From an uncultured Methanomassiliicoccales archaeon (GTDB taxonomy: Archaea; Thermoplasmatota; Thermoplasmata; Methanomassiliicoccales; UBA472): DNA of 64,000 bases. This document shows positions 38,490 through 48,122 of the stretch, piece after piece. How positions within the stretch are numbered: the stretch's first letter is position 1; each line of letters starts with the position of its first letter. The DNA is taken from assembly GCA_963695345.1 (NCBI GenBank), contig OY968769.1, positions 1,312,001 through 1,376,000 of the forward strand, read 5' to 3'. A model generated the notes under the pieces. It was not told the DNA's origin and made no database searches. It saw nothing but the letters and a program-made list of their open reading frames with translations. The position numbers were made by a program, and so were the translations under genes.

Positions 38490-39170
38490 TCAACCCTTCA
38501 GGCCGGTCTGCTGGCCGAGGATATATGGCAGGATGTCCGAAATGTCGTTGCTGCGGACCACGACGTTCGCCTGATGCGCCACGTAGTCGTCTATCGGATT
38601 GAAGGCGATCTTCAGATTCGACGCCTCGAACATGGACACGTCGATGAAGCTGTTGCCGACGCTGCAGACGTGCTCCCTGTCCACCCCGTAGACCGAGGAG
38701 AACCTTTCCACCGCCTGGCGTTTGTTGGCGAGCTCGACCCGAAGCACGCCCTCGCCGGTCAGCTTTCCGGTGGTGTCGCAGGCGAAGCCGTTAGCCACCC
38801 AATCATCGAAGCCGTAGCGCTTGGCGATCTTGGACGCCACCACATCCAGGCCGCCGCTCACGATGACGGTCTTGATGCCATGCCATTTCAGCTCGTCAAC
38901 GGTCCTCTGGATCCCCTCCACGATCGGCAAGGGCTCCAGGATCGTGGTGACGTCCGAGAGGCAGAGGTTGGGTTTCTTGTTCAGCCAAAGGGCGATGTCC
39001 CGGCGCATGAACTCCATGTCGTCAATCTCCCCCTTGACGAACGCCTTGATGGACTCCTCGCTCTTTACCCCGAAATGGTCGTGCACCCAGGTCCAGGACG
39101 ATTCATAATCGACCAGCACGCCGTCCATGTCGAATGCCACCATTCCAAAGTCGTGTCTTACCTTCGGCAT
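38490..39170 (-). CDS. HAD-IB phosphatase (phosphoserine phosphatase-like)
   Basis: FDMDGVL...SSW, VSGG, K, VGNS..D, AFNP. Confidence 0.85.
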   Translation of the reverse strand: MPKVRHDFGMVAFDMDGVLVDYESSWTWVHDHFGVKSEESIKAFVKGEIDDMEFMRRDIALWLNKKPNLCLSDVTTILEPLPIVEGIQRTVDELKWHGIKTVIVSGGLDVVASKIAKRYGFDDWVANGFACDTTGKLTGEGVLRVELANKRQAVERFSSVYGVDREHVCSVGNSFIDVSMFEASNLKIAFNPIDDYVAHQANVVVRSNDISDILPYILGQQTGLKG

Positions 39171-39301
39171 GGCTAGGCCGAGGAATGATGGGGCTATTAA
39201 GCATTGTGAGAACGGCCGGAGCAAAGTCCGGTACATCTAAATAACGAGAAAAAATGCCCTTAACCTACTAGTTGCTACTATCAGCTCTAGGATGTGCTGA
39301 A

Positions 39302-40993
39302 ATGAGAAAGGACCCAAGCAAGGCAATGCACGCGGTCATCGCGCTAACGTTACTCCTCGGTATGCTGCTTTTGGTCCCTGCGTCCGGCCATTCGGTCGCC
39401 GATACCGGCGCTGGGACCAGCCTGACCGAATTGACCGGCCTGAATGCCCACGCCCCGATACGCATCGACGGGGACGCAGAACTCATCGAATTGGCCAATG
39501 CCGAGGGCTGGCCGGGGATCGGGACGGCGGCGAACCCGTTCATGATCGGGGACCTCGAGATCAAATCCAACGGTTCATACAACGGCATCTACATCGGCAA
39601 CGTTACGCTGAGCATCGAAATAGCCAACTGTTCGGTCAGTGGCGCAAGCAGCGCAGCGGCGGATGACTATCCTTACAACTACGGCGCGGGGATCGCCATA
39701 GTGAACGTCTCCGGGGTGGCGACCGTCCGGAACAACCTCTGCGATGGGAACAGCGAAGGCATATTCGTCTATCTGTCGAACTCGATCCTGTTGGAGGGCA
39801 ATACCTGCAACAACAACGGCTACGACGGGATCAACCTGTTCGGATGCAACTCCGGCACCATACGGAACAACATCTGCAGCGGCAATGCCAACACCGGAAT
39901 ATACCTGGCGGGGTCGAGTACCGGAAATACGATAGCCAACAACGTCTGTGGCGCTGAAGGATACGGAATATATCTGTACCGCTCCGGGTCGAATATGGTG
40001 ACCGGGAACATATGCAACAGCGACGGTCACGGAATACTTCTGGGGGGTTCGGATGACAGTACCGTCACGGACAACATCTGCGGGAGCTCGACCCTGAGCG
40101 GGATAACCTTGGAGGGGAGCAATAATAGTGTCGTATCCAGGAACACCTGCGATGACAGCGGGTACTACGGGATATTCCTGGACAGCTCCAGCGGGGACAC
40201 CGTCTCCCTCAACACCTGTACCGGCAACAAATACTACGGCATCTTTCTGGGCGGTTCGAACTCCAACAAGGTGATGGACAATGATTGCAGTTCCAACAGC
40301 TTCTATGGTATCTACCTTTTCAGCTCCTGGTCCAACACCGTCTCGGGCAACACCTGCGACTACAACACCCACTACGGCGTTTACCTATACAGCGCCAGCA
40401 TCAATAACACGATCCGTTCGAACATCTGCGACGGGAATGAGGAGGTCGGCATTTTCCTCTACGCCTCCGGCACCGAGAACCGGGTCAGCGAAAACTACTG
40501 CGACAACAATGGTCACTATGGGATATACCTCTACGCCTCGAACTACACCGCCATCACCGGGAACCTTTGCCGCATGAACGGGCACTATGGGATCTATCTC
40601 TACAATGAAAGCTCCAACAACTCCGTCACCGGGAATAAGTGCGATGACAACACGGAGACCGGGATACTCCTCTACCTGGATTGTGGGTACAACTATGTCG
40701 GGTCCAACACCTGCAACGGCAACAAAGGCAATGGCATACAGCTGCTCCAGGCGTGCTCGAACAACACAGTAATCGACAACGCCTGCCTGGACAACGGCGA
40801 GAGCATAAGCGTGGACCAGACCAGTCTGGGTAACATGATCACCGGCAATACCGTCAAGGGATCTTCCGGCAACGACTGGGCATGGTTCGCGGTGGGCGGG
40901 GCGACCGTCCTGGCCATCGTGCTCTTGGCAATCCTGATGCTGAGGAGGAAGAAAAGGGGACCGTCACGCAAGAAAAGCAAGGGCGGAAGGTGA
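39302..40993 (+). CDS. Surface protein with NosD/CASH-type parallel beta-helix repeats
   Basis: Signal peptide, HAPIRI.G...GW.G.GT...PF.I N-cap, roughly 22-aa repeats GIYL..S..N....N.C..N, then TM and a basic tail. Confidence 0.85.
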   Translation: MRKDPSKAMHAVIALTLLLGMLLLVPASGHSVADTGAGTSLTELTGLNAHAPIRIDGDAELIELANAEGWPGIGTAANPFMIGDLEIKSNGSYNGIYIGNVTLSIEIANCSVSGASSAAADDYPYNYGAGIAIVNVSGVATVRNNLCDGNSEGIFVYLSNSILLEGNTCNNNGYDGINLFGCNSGTIRNNICSGNANTGIYLAGSSTGNTIANNVCGAEGYGIYLYRSGSNMVTGNICNSDGHGILLGGSDDSTVTDNICGSSTLSGITLEGSNNSVVSRNTCDDSGYYGIFLDSSSGDTVSLNTCTGNKYYGIFLGGSNSNKVMDNDCSSNSFYGIYLFSSWSNTVSGNTCDYNTHYGVYLYSASINNTIRSNICDGNEEVGIFLYASGTENRVSENYCDNNGHYGIYLYASNYTAITGNLCRMNGHYGIYLYNESSNNSVTGNKCDDNTETGILLYLDCGYNYVGSNTCNGNKGNGIQLLQACSNNTVIDNACLDNGESISVDQTSLGNMITGNTVKGSSGNDWAWFAVGGATVLAIVLLAILMLRRKKRGPSRKKSKGGR

Positions 40994-41077
40994 ACGAATG
41001 CATCCGGGCGTATCCACCTGGCCATGGGGCCATTCAGGTGGGAGGCTTATAATAACCTCAAATCCATTGGCTTCATC

Positions 41078-41791
41078 ATGATTACGCTAGTCGGGGTCGG
41101 GCATGTCTTCGACATCGCGGCCCAGGTCAAGCAGGTGATCCGGGAGAGAGGTCCGGGGGCGGTGTGCATCGAGCTCGATCAGGAACGGTACGAGGCGCTC
41201 CGCCATCCCCGGGAGCGGGAGGGGGTACCGTTGCCGTATAAATTGCTGGCATTCATGCAGAAGCGCATGGCCCGGCAATACGGCGGGGAGGTGGGCAACG
41301 AAATGCTGGCGGCCGCCGATGAGGCCGAGGAGATCAATGCCCGGCTGCTGCTCATCGATGCCGAGGCGGGAAATCTGTTCAACCGGCTCTGGCAGGAGAT
41401 GTCTTTCCGTGAAAGGGTTTTGCTCATGGTATCGAGCGTCGGCGGCCTGCTCATGAGCCGCAGGCGCATCGACAACGAGATCGAGAACTTCCAGGACAAC
41501 GAGGCATCATATCTGGAGCAGATGGGCCAGGAGTTCCCCACCATCAAGCGTGTGCTCATCGATGAAAGGAACCAGCTAATGGGCGCCCGAATTCTGTCCG
41601 CCGAGGTCCAGTTCGGCAGCGTGGTCGCCGTGGTCGGGGATGGGCATATCGACGGGATCGTATCCCTGGTCAACCGCCCGGATATCGAGGTGATCCGTCT
41701 GAAGGCCCTGAAGGAGATCCCGATAAAGGATGTCCAGAGCGGCTCCGGCACATCGGAGGCCCATATCCAATTCACCGTCAGTATGGAATGA
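41078..41791 (+). CDS. TraB/PrgY-family protein
   Basis: LVGVGHV, V.IELD.ER, G.EM..A, LIDERN..M, VAVVG.GH..G. Confidence 0.88.
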   Translation: MITLVGVGHVFDIAAQVKQVIRERGPGAVCIELDQERYEALRHPREREGVPLPYKLLAFMQKRMARQYGGEVGNEMLAAADEAEEINARLLLIDAEAGNLFNRLWQEMSFRERVLLMVSSVGGLLMSRRRIDNEIENFQDNEASYLEQMGQEFPTIKRVLIDERNQLMGARILSAEVQFGSVVAVVGDGHIDGIVSLVNRPDIEVIRLKALKEIPIKDVQSGSGTSEAHIQFTVSME

Positions 41792-41832
41792 AGAAAGGAT
41801 TAATCATCCGGTAGGGAATCTCCTTGATGTCC

Positions 41833-42516
41833 ATGAAGGTCAAGCTGCTGTCTTACACCAACCAAGCGGAGGTACTGTGCGCCACCGCCGCCCGGACCTG
41901 CTATTCCTCCGATGCGCCGTCGAAGATACTGGAGAATGTCGATGGTGGAAAGGCTGGCAAGTTCATCGACAACGTGGTGGGGATGGGGCATCATTCGATC
42001 ATCGAGCACGCCTACTACACTTTCTCCCTGGAGGGCGTCTCCCGGGCGATGACCCACCAGCTGGTGCGGCATCGGCTGGCCTCGTTCTCCCAGCAGTCCC
42101 AGAGGTATGTTTCGTTGCTGACCCCCGACTTTGTCGTCCCGCCGACCGTAAAGGGCAATCCGGATGCGGAAAAGCGGTTCCGGGGGGCGATGGAACAGGC
42201 CTGGGAGGCCTACCAGAGGCTGGCCGAGCTGGTACCGGTCGAGGATGCCCGCTATGTTCTACCGAACGCCTGCACCAGCAACATCATGGTCACGATGAAC
42301 GCCCGGGAACTCTTGCATTTCTTCACCTTGAGGTGCTGCAACCGGGCCCAATGGGAGATCCGGGAGGTGGCCGACATGATGCTCGAAGAGGTGCTCAAAG
42401 TGTCCCCATCCATCTTCAAGGAGGCCGGCCCTGGATGCGTCCGTGGGCCCTGTCCCGAGGGTAAGATGACGTGCGGTCATCCGAGGAAAGCGTTGAAAAA
42501 GGCTTATATAGACTGA
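41833..42516 (+). CDS. thyX: FAD-dependent thymidylate synthase
   Basis: GH.S..EH, SRA.THQLVRHRLASFSQQSQRY, EDARYVLP, RAQWEIR. Confidence 0.96.
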   Translation: MKVKLLSYTNQAEVLCATAARTCYSSDAPSKILENVDGGKAGKFIDNVVGMGHHSIIEHAYYTFSLEGVSRAMTHQLVRHRLASFSQQSQRYVSLLTPDFVVPPTVKGNPDAEKRFRGAMEQAWEAYQRLAELVPVEDARYVLPNACTSNIMVTMNARELLHFFTLRCCNRAQWEIREVADMMLEEVLKVSPSIFKEAGPGCVRGPCPEGKMTCGHPRKALKKAYID

Positions 42517-42547
42517 ACCCTTTTGGCGCTCACTCAAGGTCGTTATT

Positions 42548-42739
42548 ATGGGCAACGTCCGACCAACTTACATTAAGCGTGTCGCTATGGAACTCGTGCA
42601 GAAGTACCCCCGGGCAACTTCGGCCGATTTCGAGAACAACAAGGTGCTGGTATCCAAGCTCACCGACGTATCGTCGATCGTGATGAGGAACCGCATCGCC
42701 GGGTACATCTCCCGCTACTGGCAGAACCAGGAATTCTAA
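42548..42739 (+). CDS. rps17e: 30S ribosomal protein S17e
   Basis: MGNVRPTYIKR..DFE.NK...RNRIAGYI. Confidence 0.95.
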   Translation: MGNVRPTYIKRVAMELVQKYPRATSADFENNKVLVSKLTDVSSIVMRNRIAGYISRYWQNQEF

Positions 42740-42782
42740 AAGCGAAACCTATATCATGGCTCCCCGGAATCCGGTGTGAGCC

Positions 42783-43745
42783 ATGGTCAAAGCGATAGAG
42801 GTCCAGGACCTCAGTAGGATTTTCGGTGGAAAGAAGTCAACCCCCAGCGTAGCCCTCGACCATCTCGACCTCCAGGTCGATGAGGGCGAGCTTTTCGGTC
42901 TTCTAGGTCCCAATGGCGCCGGCAAGACCACTCTCATCAAGATACTATCGACATTGTTGCTGCCGTCGTCCGGCACGGCAAAGGTGCTGGGCCACGATGT
43001 GGTCAGGGAGGCGGCCAAGATCCGACCCCGGATCAACATGGTCTCCGGAGGCGAGACATCCGGCTACGGCCTCCTCACCGTCAGGGAGAACCTTTGGATG
43101 TTCTCCCAGTTCTACGGCATCCCGGGCAAGGAGGCCAAGGCCACCATCGATGAGCTCCTGGTCAAGTTCGATCTCCTGGACAAGGCCGACGCCAAGGTGC
43201 GGACCATATCCACCGGCCAGCGGCAGAAGATGAACGTTGTCCGGGGTTTCGTCACCGACCCGGACCTGCTTTACCTGGACGAGCCGACGCTCGGCCTGGA
43301 TGTGAACGCTTCCCTCATCATCCGCGAGCACCTGCGTTCGTGGGTCAAGAGCGACAGGAAGAAGACCCTGCTCCTCACCACGCATTACATGATCGAGGCG
43401 GACGAGCTGTGCGACCGGGTCGCGATAATCAATGACGGGCGGATACTCGCCTGCGATTCCCCCCGGAACCTGAAGAAGCTGATCTCGAAGGACACCACGT
43501 TCAGCATCGAGACCACGCCGTTCGGTGACGCCGGCGGACTGTCGCTTCTCCACGGCGTCACCGGGTACTCCGCCGAGACCACCAGCGAGCACACCGTGCT
43601 GAAGCTGGTGACCGAGGACGAATCCTCCATCTCCGACATCATCTCATACCTCACCCAGCGCAACGTGAGGATCATATCGTTCAGCAAGAACGAGCCGACG
43701 CTGGAGGATGTGTTCATACAGATGGTGGGGAGAGGTCTCGAATGA
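42783..43745 (+). CDS. ABC-2 type exporter ATP-binding subunit
   Basis: GPNGAGKTT, STGQRQK, LDEPT, TTHYM.EA, EPTLEDVF. Confidence 0.93.
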   Translation: MVKAIEVQDLSRIFGGKKSTPSVALDHLDLQVDEGELFGLLGPNGAGKTTLIKILSTLLLPSSGTAKVLGHDVVREAAKIRPRINMVSGGETSGYGLLTVRENLWMFSQFYGIPGKEAKATIDELLVKFDLLDKADAKVRTISTGQRQKMNVVRGFVTDPDLLYLDEPTLGLDVNASLIIREHLRSWVKSDRKKTLLLTTHYMIEADELCDRVAIINDGRILACDSPRNLKKLISKDTTFSIETTPFGDAGGLSLLHGVTGYSAETTSEHTVLKLVTEDESSISDIISYLTQRNVRIISFSKNEPTLEDVFIQMVGRGLE

Positions 43746-44554
43746 CCGACTGGCGTCTGAACGGAAGGGCCATCATCGGACGGGCGTACCCAAGGGTCCT
43801 GGGGGTCATGCGGGAACCGTCATGGATCCTTTTCGACATCTTCCTGCCGTTGCTGGGCATCGCCGCCTACATCTTCTATTACCGGGCCATGAACGCCCCG
43901 GAGATGTACACCGGTTTCATAGTCATCGGCGGCGCCATGACCGCCTACTGGATGAACGTCCTGTGGTCCATGGCGACGCAGTTCTACTGGGAGAAGGAGG
44001 TGGGCAACCTGCAGCTGTACATGCTGGCCCCGATGTCCCGCATGAGCGTGCTCGCCGGGATGGCGCTGGGCGGTATGCTCATGACCACCATCAGGGCGGC
44101 ATCCACCGTGCTCCTGGGGGTGTTCCTGTTCAACGTCAGTCTTACCCTGGCCCAGCCAGTGGAGCTGATACTGGTGTTCTCATTGACGTTGGTAGCCCTC
44201 TACGGCATGGGGATGATGTTCTCATCGCTGTTCCTGATGTGGGGGCGTTCCGCCATGCAGATGACCTCGCTGCTGCAGGAACCGATCTATCTGGTTTCCG
44301 GGTTCTACTTTCCGGTCAAGGCGCTGGGCTATTGGGTCGCGCTGGGGGCTTCCATACTCCCCATAACTCTGGGCCTCGACGGTATGCGCCAGCTTCTGTT
44401 CGGTGCCAGCTCCGACGGGTTCCTGCCGGTCGATGTCGAGATAATCGTCCTGGCGATCTTAGCGGTCGTGTTCTTCTTGCTGGCCAGACATTTCCTGGAG
44501 TACATGGAGAACCTGGGCAAGAAGGAAGGGAGGCTGACCCTGAGATGGCAGTGA
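43742..44554 (+). CDS. ABC-2 type exporter permease
   Basis: Six hydrophobic segments, EK..GNL, SGFYFPV..L, LPIT...D..R. ATGA overlap with the ATPase gene. Confidence 0.88.
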   Translation: MTDWRLNGRAIIGRAYPRVLGVMREPSWILFDIFLPLLGIAAYIFYYRAMNAPEMYTGFIVIGGAMTAYWMNVLWSMATQFYWEKEVGNLQLYMLAPMSRMSVLAGMALGGMLMTTIRAASTVLLGVFLFNVSLTLAQPVELILVFSLTLVALYGMGMMFSSLFLMWGRSAMQMTSLLQEPIYLVSGFYFPVKALGYWVALGASILPITLGLDGMRQLLFGASSDGFLPVDVEIIVLAILAVVFFLLARHFLEYMENLGKKEGRLTLRWQ

Positions 44555-45417
44555 GGGACCTGCTCTCGAACCATTGGCGCACCTTCCGTTGGGCTTCCTG
44601 GCTCGGATGGCAGATGGAGGCGAATTGGACCAACTGGTACCTGTTCATCATCTATTCCATCGCCAAACCCATCGCCGGTACGCTTATCGTCGTCATCATG
44701 TACCTGATCGTGTTCGGCGGGGTGACCGGGGACCCGACCTTCTTCTCCTATATGTACCTCGGGAATGCCTTCTACATCTTCATCGGCCAGGCGCTTTTCG
44801 GGACCACCTGGGTCATTCATGAGGACCGGGAGCACTACCAGACCCTGAAGCAGATCTACATGGCCCCGATCAGCCTGTTCATCTACCTGATCGGACGGGC
44901 CATGGCCAAGATCGCCGTGGCCGGCATGGCGGTCATCATCACCCTGGCGTTCGGGATGTTGGCGCTCGGGCTGCCGCTGGCCCTGCTGAACATCGACTGG
45001 GCACTGTTGACCCTGGCACTGGTGATCGGCCTGCTGTGCATGGTCTCCATCGGGGTGGCCATGGCCGGGATAACGTTCCTTACGGCCAAGCATGGGTACG
45101 GGATAAACGAGGGCGTGGCCGGCCTTTTCTACCTGTTCTGCGGGGCCATATTCCCGCTGACGGTCCTTCCCGACTGGGGGCAGGCCATAGGTCAGTCGAT
45201 CCCCATCACCTATTGGCTCGAAATTACGAGGCGGGCGATGCTCCCCGGTTCGGGCATATCGGGCATCAGCGGGTTGGGCGAATATTCCAACATCCAGATA
45301 CTTTCGTTCCTGCTGCTTTCCGCCGGGATATTCCTGGTCCTGTCAATCGGTATATTCAAGTATGCGGACTATCTTGCCAGAAAGAAGGGCAAGCTCGACA
45401 TGAGCACGTCCTATTGA
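44545..45417 (+). CDS. ABC-2 type exporter permease (second)
   Basis: Start ATG 44545 (MAVRDLL...), multiple TM segments, GAIFP..VLP.W, PITYW. Confidence 0.88.
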   Translation: MAVRDLLSNHWRTFRWASWLGWQMEANWTNWYLFIIYSIAKPIAGTLIVVIMYLIVFGGVTGDPTFFSYMYLGNAFYIFIGQALFGTTWVIHEDREHYQTLKQIYMAPISLFIYLIGRAMAKIAVAGMAVIITLAFGMLALGLPLALLNIDWALLTLALVIGLLCMVSIGVAMAGITFLTAKHGYGINEGVAGLFYLFCGAIFPLTVLPDWGQAIGQSIPITYWLEITRRAMLPGSGISGISGLGEYSNIQILSFLLLSAGIFLVLSIGIFKYADYLARKKGKLDMSTSY

Positions 45418-45457
45418 TGTTGGGGCCGTTCTTCGGTGCCAGGCGTCAGTTCAACAG

Positions 45458-45531
45458 GCCCGAGTGGGGTAGCTTGGATATCCTAGGAGGCTGCGAACCT
45501 CCAGACCCGGATTCAAATTCCGGCTCGGGCG
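45458..45531 (+). tRNA. tRNA-Arg(GCG)
   Basis: GCCCGAG/CTCGGGC acceptor, GGAGG-CTGCGAA-CCTCC anticodon arm (GCG at 45493-45495), CCGGA-TTCAAAT-TCCGG T arm. Confidence 0.93.
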
Positions 45532-45922
45532 CTACACATCCCATTTCTGTGCAATATCATTTATTTCTGGAGGAAGCTCTTTTCCATTCATGACCTGGTC
45601 CAGCTGAGGTTCTGATCTCTGACCGGCCGCTGCTCAGGTCAGCCTGATCTCGGTCATAAGGCTGAGGGTGGAGCACGAACTGAACGGCAGGTCGATCGAC
45701 ACATCGATTTATGTGTCTCCCTGGATCCACCGGTCAGGAAGACGATCGCCGAAGCAAGGACCGGACGGTTCATGGCGTTATCCTGGCAGGCGGGCGGGGC
45801 CGGACACCGACTATGTGTATCTGGAAACGTTCCGGAAGCTCGGGGAGCTGGTGGAGCATATTCGCCCTGGACAAAGGTACTCATGCGGGGCACTGGGCAG
45901 GTACAGGCTCTGAGAGGCTGAA

Positions 45923-47848
45923 CTACTCCAGCGTCACTCCGACCGACTCTGAGATCTCCAGGTCCCCCGGCGGCATGATACGGGATATCTCCTCCTCGGG
46001 CACCTCGAATATCCTTGCCAGCTGGGACGATACCTTGCTCCTCACGGACCGGGAGGGCTTGATCGCGCAGTACTTGGTGGAATGTGCCTTGACCGCCGGG
46101 AGCGGTCCGCACACGATCTTCCTCGCGCCTTCGAAGGTTATCTCCCCCACTGCCAGCTCCAGCGGCAAGTGGTGCATGTAGTTGCGCTTCCCGCGGATGA
46201 TGAAACCGCCGCGGGGAACGAACTCTCCGGCGTCGGGTGTCTTGGTGACCTGGTCAGGCTCCACCCAGTAGGCGGTCCCTTCGCTCACCCCGGCGTTCCA
46301 GGCCTTGGAATGCGCCAGCGCGAACAGGCAGAGTTCGCGCAGCTCCTCCTCGGTGGCCGCCCCTCCGTCCTTCAGGATCGTGGACGGTGCCCCGTGCACA
46401 TCCGCGTGCGCGTACCGGTCCTTCGAGGTCAGATGTTTCTTTACCACCTGGTCGTTCCCGCGGGCGTCGCGTCCGGCGAGCACCAGTTTCCCTCCCGAGG
46501 TGATGAACCATTTGTAGGCCTCGAACCAGAACCGCTTGGTCGGCTTGACGTCCTTGACCGCGGTGCGGGCGATGGCCTCTCCCTTCTTCCTGCGCGACGC
46601 GATCTTCAGCTCCGTCTCCTTGGCGGCCTGCTCCGCCCCGACCAGCTTCGACTTTGCCTCCTTGGCCTCCAGGAAAAGGATGTTGGCGTTCTCTTCCAGG
46701 CCGACGGTATAGTCAACCTTCACCTCGAACTCGCCGAGCCTGACCGTCGCGTTGTGGTTCTTCGGGTCGACCGCCACCACTCCGGGGATCCCCAGCATGG
46801 CCGATCTGATGGCCTCCCAGTCCCCCATAGAGGAGAGCTCCTTGAGCCTGGCCAGCAGGTCGGTGGCCGGTTGATAGTTGATGTACAGCGAATTGGCCCG
46901 CTCCGCCAGTCGTTCCGATTCCTGGCGCTGCCGGGTCACGTTCTGGGTCATCTGCTCCATCTGGCGAATGAGGCGCTCCAGCTCCTCGTCCTTCTCTTCC
47001 TTCTTCTCCTCCACCCTGACGCTCTTCACGAACAGGTCCAGCGCCTCGGACATGGTGGCCTTCGGTTCGGAGCGCAGCGCCGAGTTCAGGCGCAGCTCGA
47101 TCGGGGTAACGTCCACCACCAGGTCACCGTTGTGGACCAGTCTCGGGCTGGGCGCGGTCTTGATGGAAATCAGTATCTCGCCTATGGACCGGAACAGATC
47201 GTTCATCTCTTGGTCGGTGAGGGTCTTCGCCTTGCGGGACTTGTCTATGCCAGCCCGCAGACAGACCTCTTCCGCGTACTGTCCGCCGATATTGGCCGAG
47301 GTGGCCAGGGTTCGGACCACATCAGCGGTGGAACCGGCGATGGCCTTCTTGAAACCGTCTTCGTTCTCCACCTTGGGGTCGAAACGGGAAAGCGGAAATT
47401 GGTATTCTGAGCCGATTAGCACATCCCGATGCCGCCACTTCTTCTGCTCGATGCAGTTGACTATCTTACCATCGCCCACAATGAGCAGGTTCCCTTCTCC
47501 GAACAGTTCGAAGATGATCTCGAAGGCGGTCTCTCTGTTTGCCACCTTCATCACCAGGATACGGTCGAACTCACGCTGTTCCACTGACTGAACCCTGGCG
47601 TTGCCGAGGAGCTTACGTGCATGAACGGCAAAACTGGAAGGGATGTCCGGCGCGTCCGGTTTCGATTCCGGGGCGAACAGCCATTTGGTGTCCTTGAAGT
47701 AGAGCTCCCTCTTCCCCTGCTGGGTATTGATCCGGAACAGGACGTTCCTCTTGTCCCAGTTGAACACCTTGTCGACGAATCCGCCGACAAGCGACTGCAT
47801 CTCGCCCGATATCGCCAGGATATCGAATGCGTTCATCTCTCCCTTCAT
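45923..47848 (-). CDS. rqcH: Ribosome quality-control NFACT/Rqc2 homolog
   Basis: FDRIL, ELFGEGN, coiled coil, WFE.Y.WF..S...LVL.GRD...N...VKKH, HAD.HGA, G.F.IRG.RN. Confidence 0.92.
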   Translation of the reverse strand: MKGEMNAFDILAISGEMQSLVGGFVDKVFNWDKRNVLFRINTQQGKRELYFKDTKWLFAPESKPDAPDIPSSFAVHARKLLGNARVQSVEQREFDRILVMKVANRETAFEIIFELFGEGNLLIVGDGKIVNCIEQKKWRHRDVLIGSEYQFPLSRFDPKVENEDGFKKAIAGSTADVVRTLATSANIGGQYAEEVCLRAGIDKSRKAKTLTDQEMNDLFRSIGEILISIKTAPSPRLVHNGDLVVDVTPIELRLNSALRSEPKATMSEALDLFVKSVRVEEKKEEKDEELERLIRQMEQMTQNVTRQRQESERLAERANSLYINYQPATDLLARLKELSSMGDWEAIRSAMLGIPGVVAVDPKNHNATVRLGEFEVKVDYTVGLEENANILFLEAKEAKSKLVGAEQAAKETELKIASRRKKGEAIARTAVKDVKPTKRFWFEAYKWFITSGGKLVLAGRDARGNDQVVKKHLTSKDRYAHADVHGAPSTILKDGGAATEEELRELCLFALAHSKAWNAGVSEGTAYWVEPDQVTKTPDAGEFVPRGGFIIRGKRNYMHHLPLELAVGEITFEGARKIVCGPLPAVKAHSTKYCAIKPSRSVRSKVSSQLARIFEVPEEEISRIMPPGDLEISESVGVTLE

Positions 47849-47918
47849 CACCATCCCTTAGCATCTGGATGGACAAAAGGGTTTGCCATTGTGACCGTTG
47901 TTGTCGCGGAACAACTCA

Positions 47919-47932
47919 GAAAGATTTATCAA
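47919..47932 (+). promoter_or_regulatory. Putative BRE/TATA promoter of tRNA-Thr
   Basis: GAAAG-ATTTATCAA about 27 nt upstream of the tRNA, the same layout as the tRNA-Lys promoter. Confidence 0.55.
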
Positions 47933-47958
47933 TGGTAATCAGGTTGGGGAGTGACACT

Positions 47959-48030
47959 GCCACTGTGGCTTAGAGGTATAGCGATGCCTTGGTAAGGCAT
48001 AGGTCGAGGGTTCAATTCCCTCCAGTGGCT
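47959..48030 (+). tRNA. tRNA-Thr(GGT)
   Basis: GCCACTG/CAGTGGC acceptor, ATGCC-TTGGTAA-GGCAT anticodon arm, GAGGG-TTCAATT-CCCTC T arm, followed by a T-tract. Confidence 0.95.
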
Positions 48031-48122
48031 CTTTTTCTATTATTCGGTTTCACGGACCGTTCTTCCAGCATAGAAATATAGTTGACAACCTCTATTTCAG
48101 TAGGCTCTTGGGTGAATTAAGG

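Noticed and set aside
39720-40860. Recurrent DNA words (caacacctgc, ggcatctacct) suggesting a CRISPR array or tandem repeat.
   Set aside because: They are degenerate and in frame, explained by the beta-helix protein repeats. There is no constant repeat-spacer structure.
43708-44544. Apparent 569-aa fused permease ORF (43708..45417).
   Set aside because: The first 279 codons are an off-frame overlap of the first permease. The real gene starts at ATG 44545.
45660-45910. Possible SRP RNA or RNase P RNA.
   Set aside because: The conserved SRP helix-8 motif and the RNase P GAGGAAAGTCC and P4 signatures were not found.
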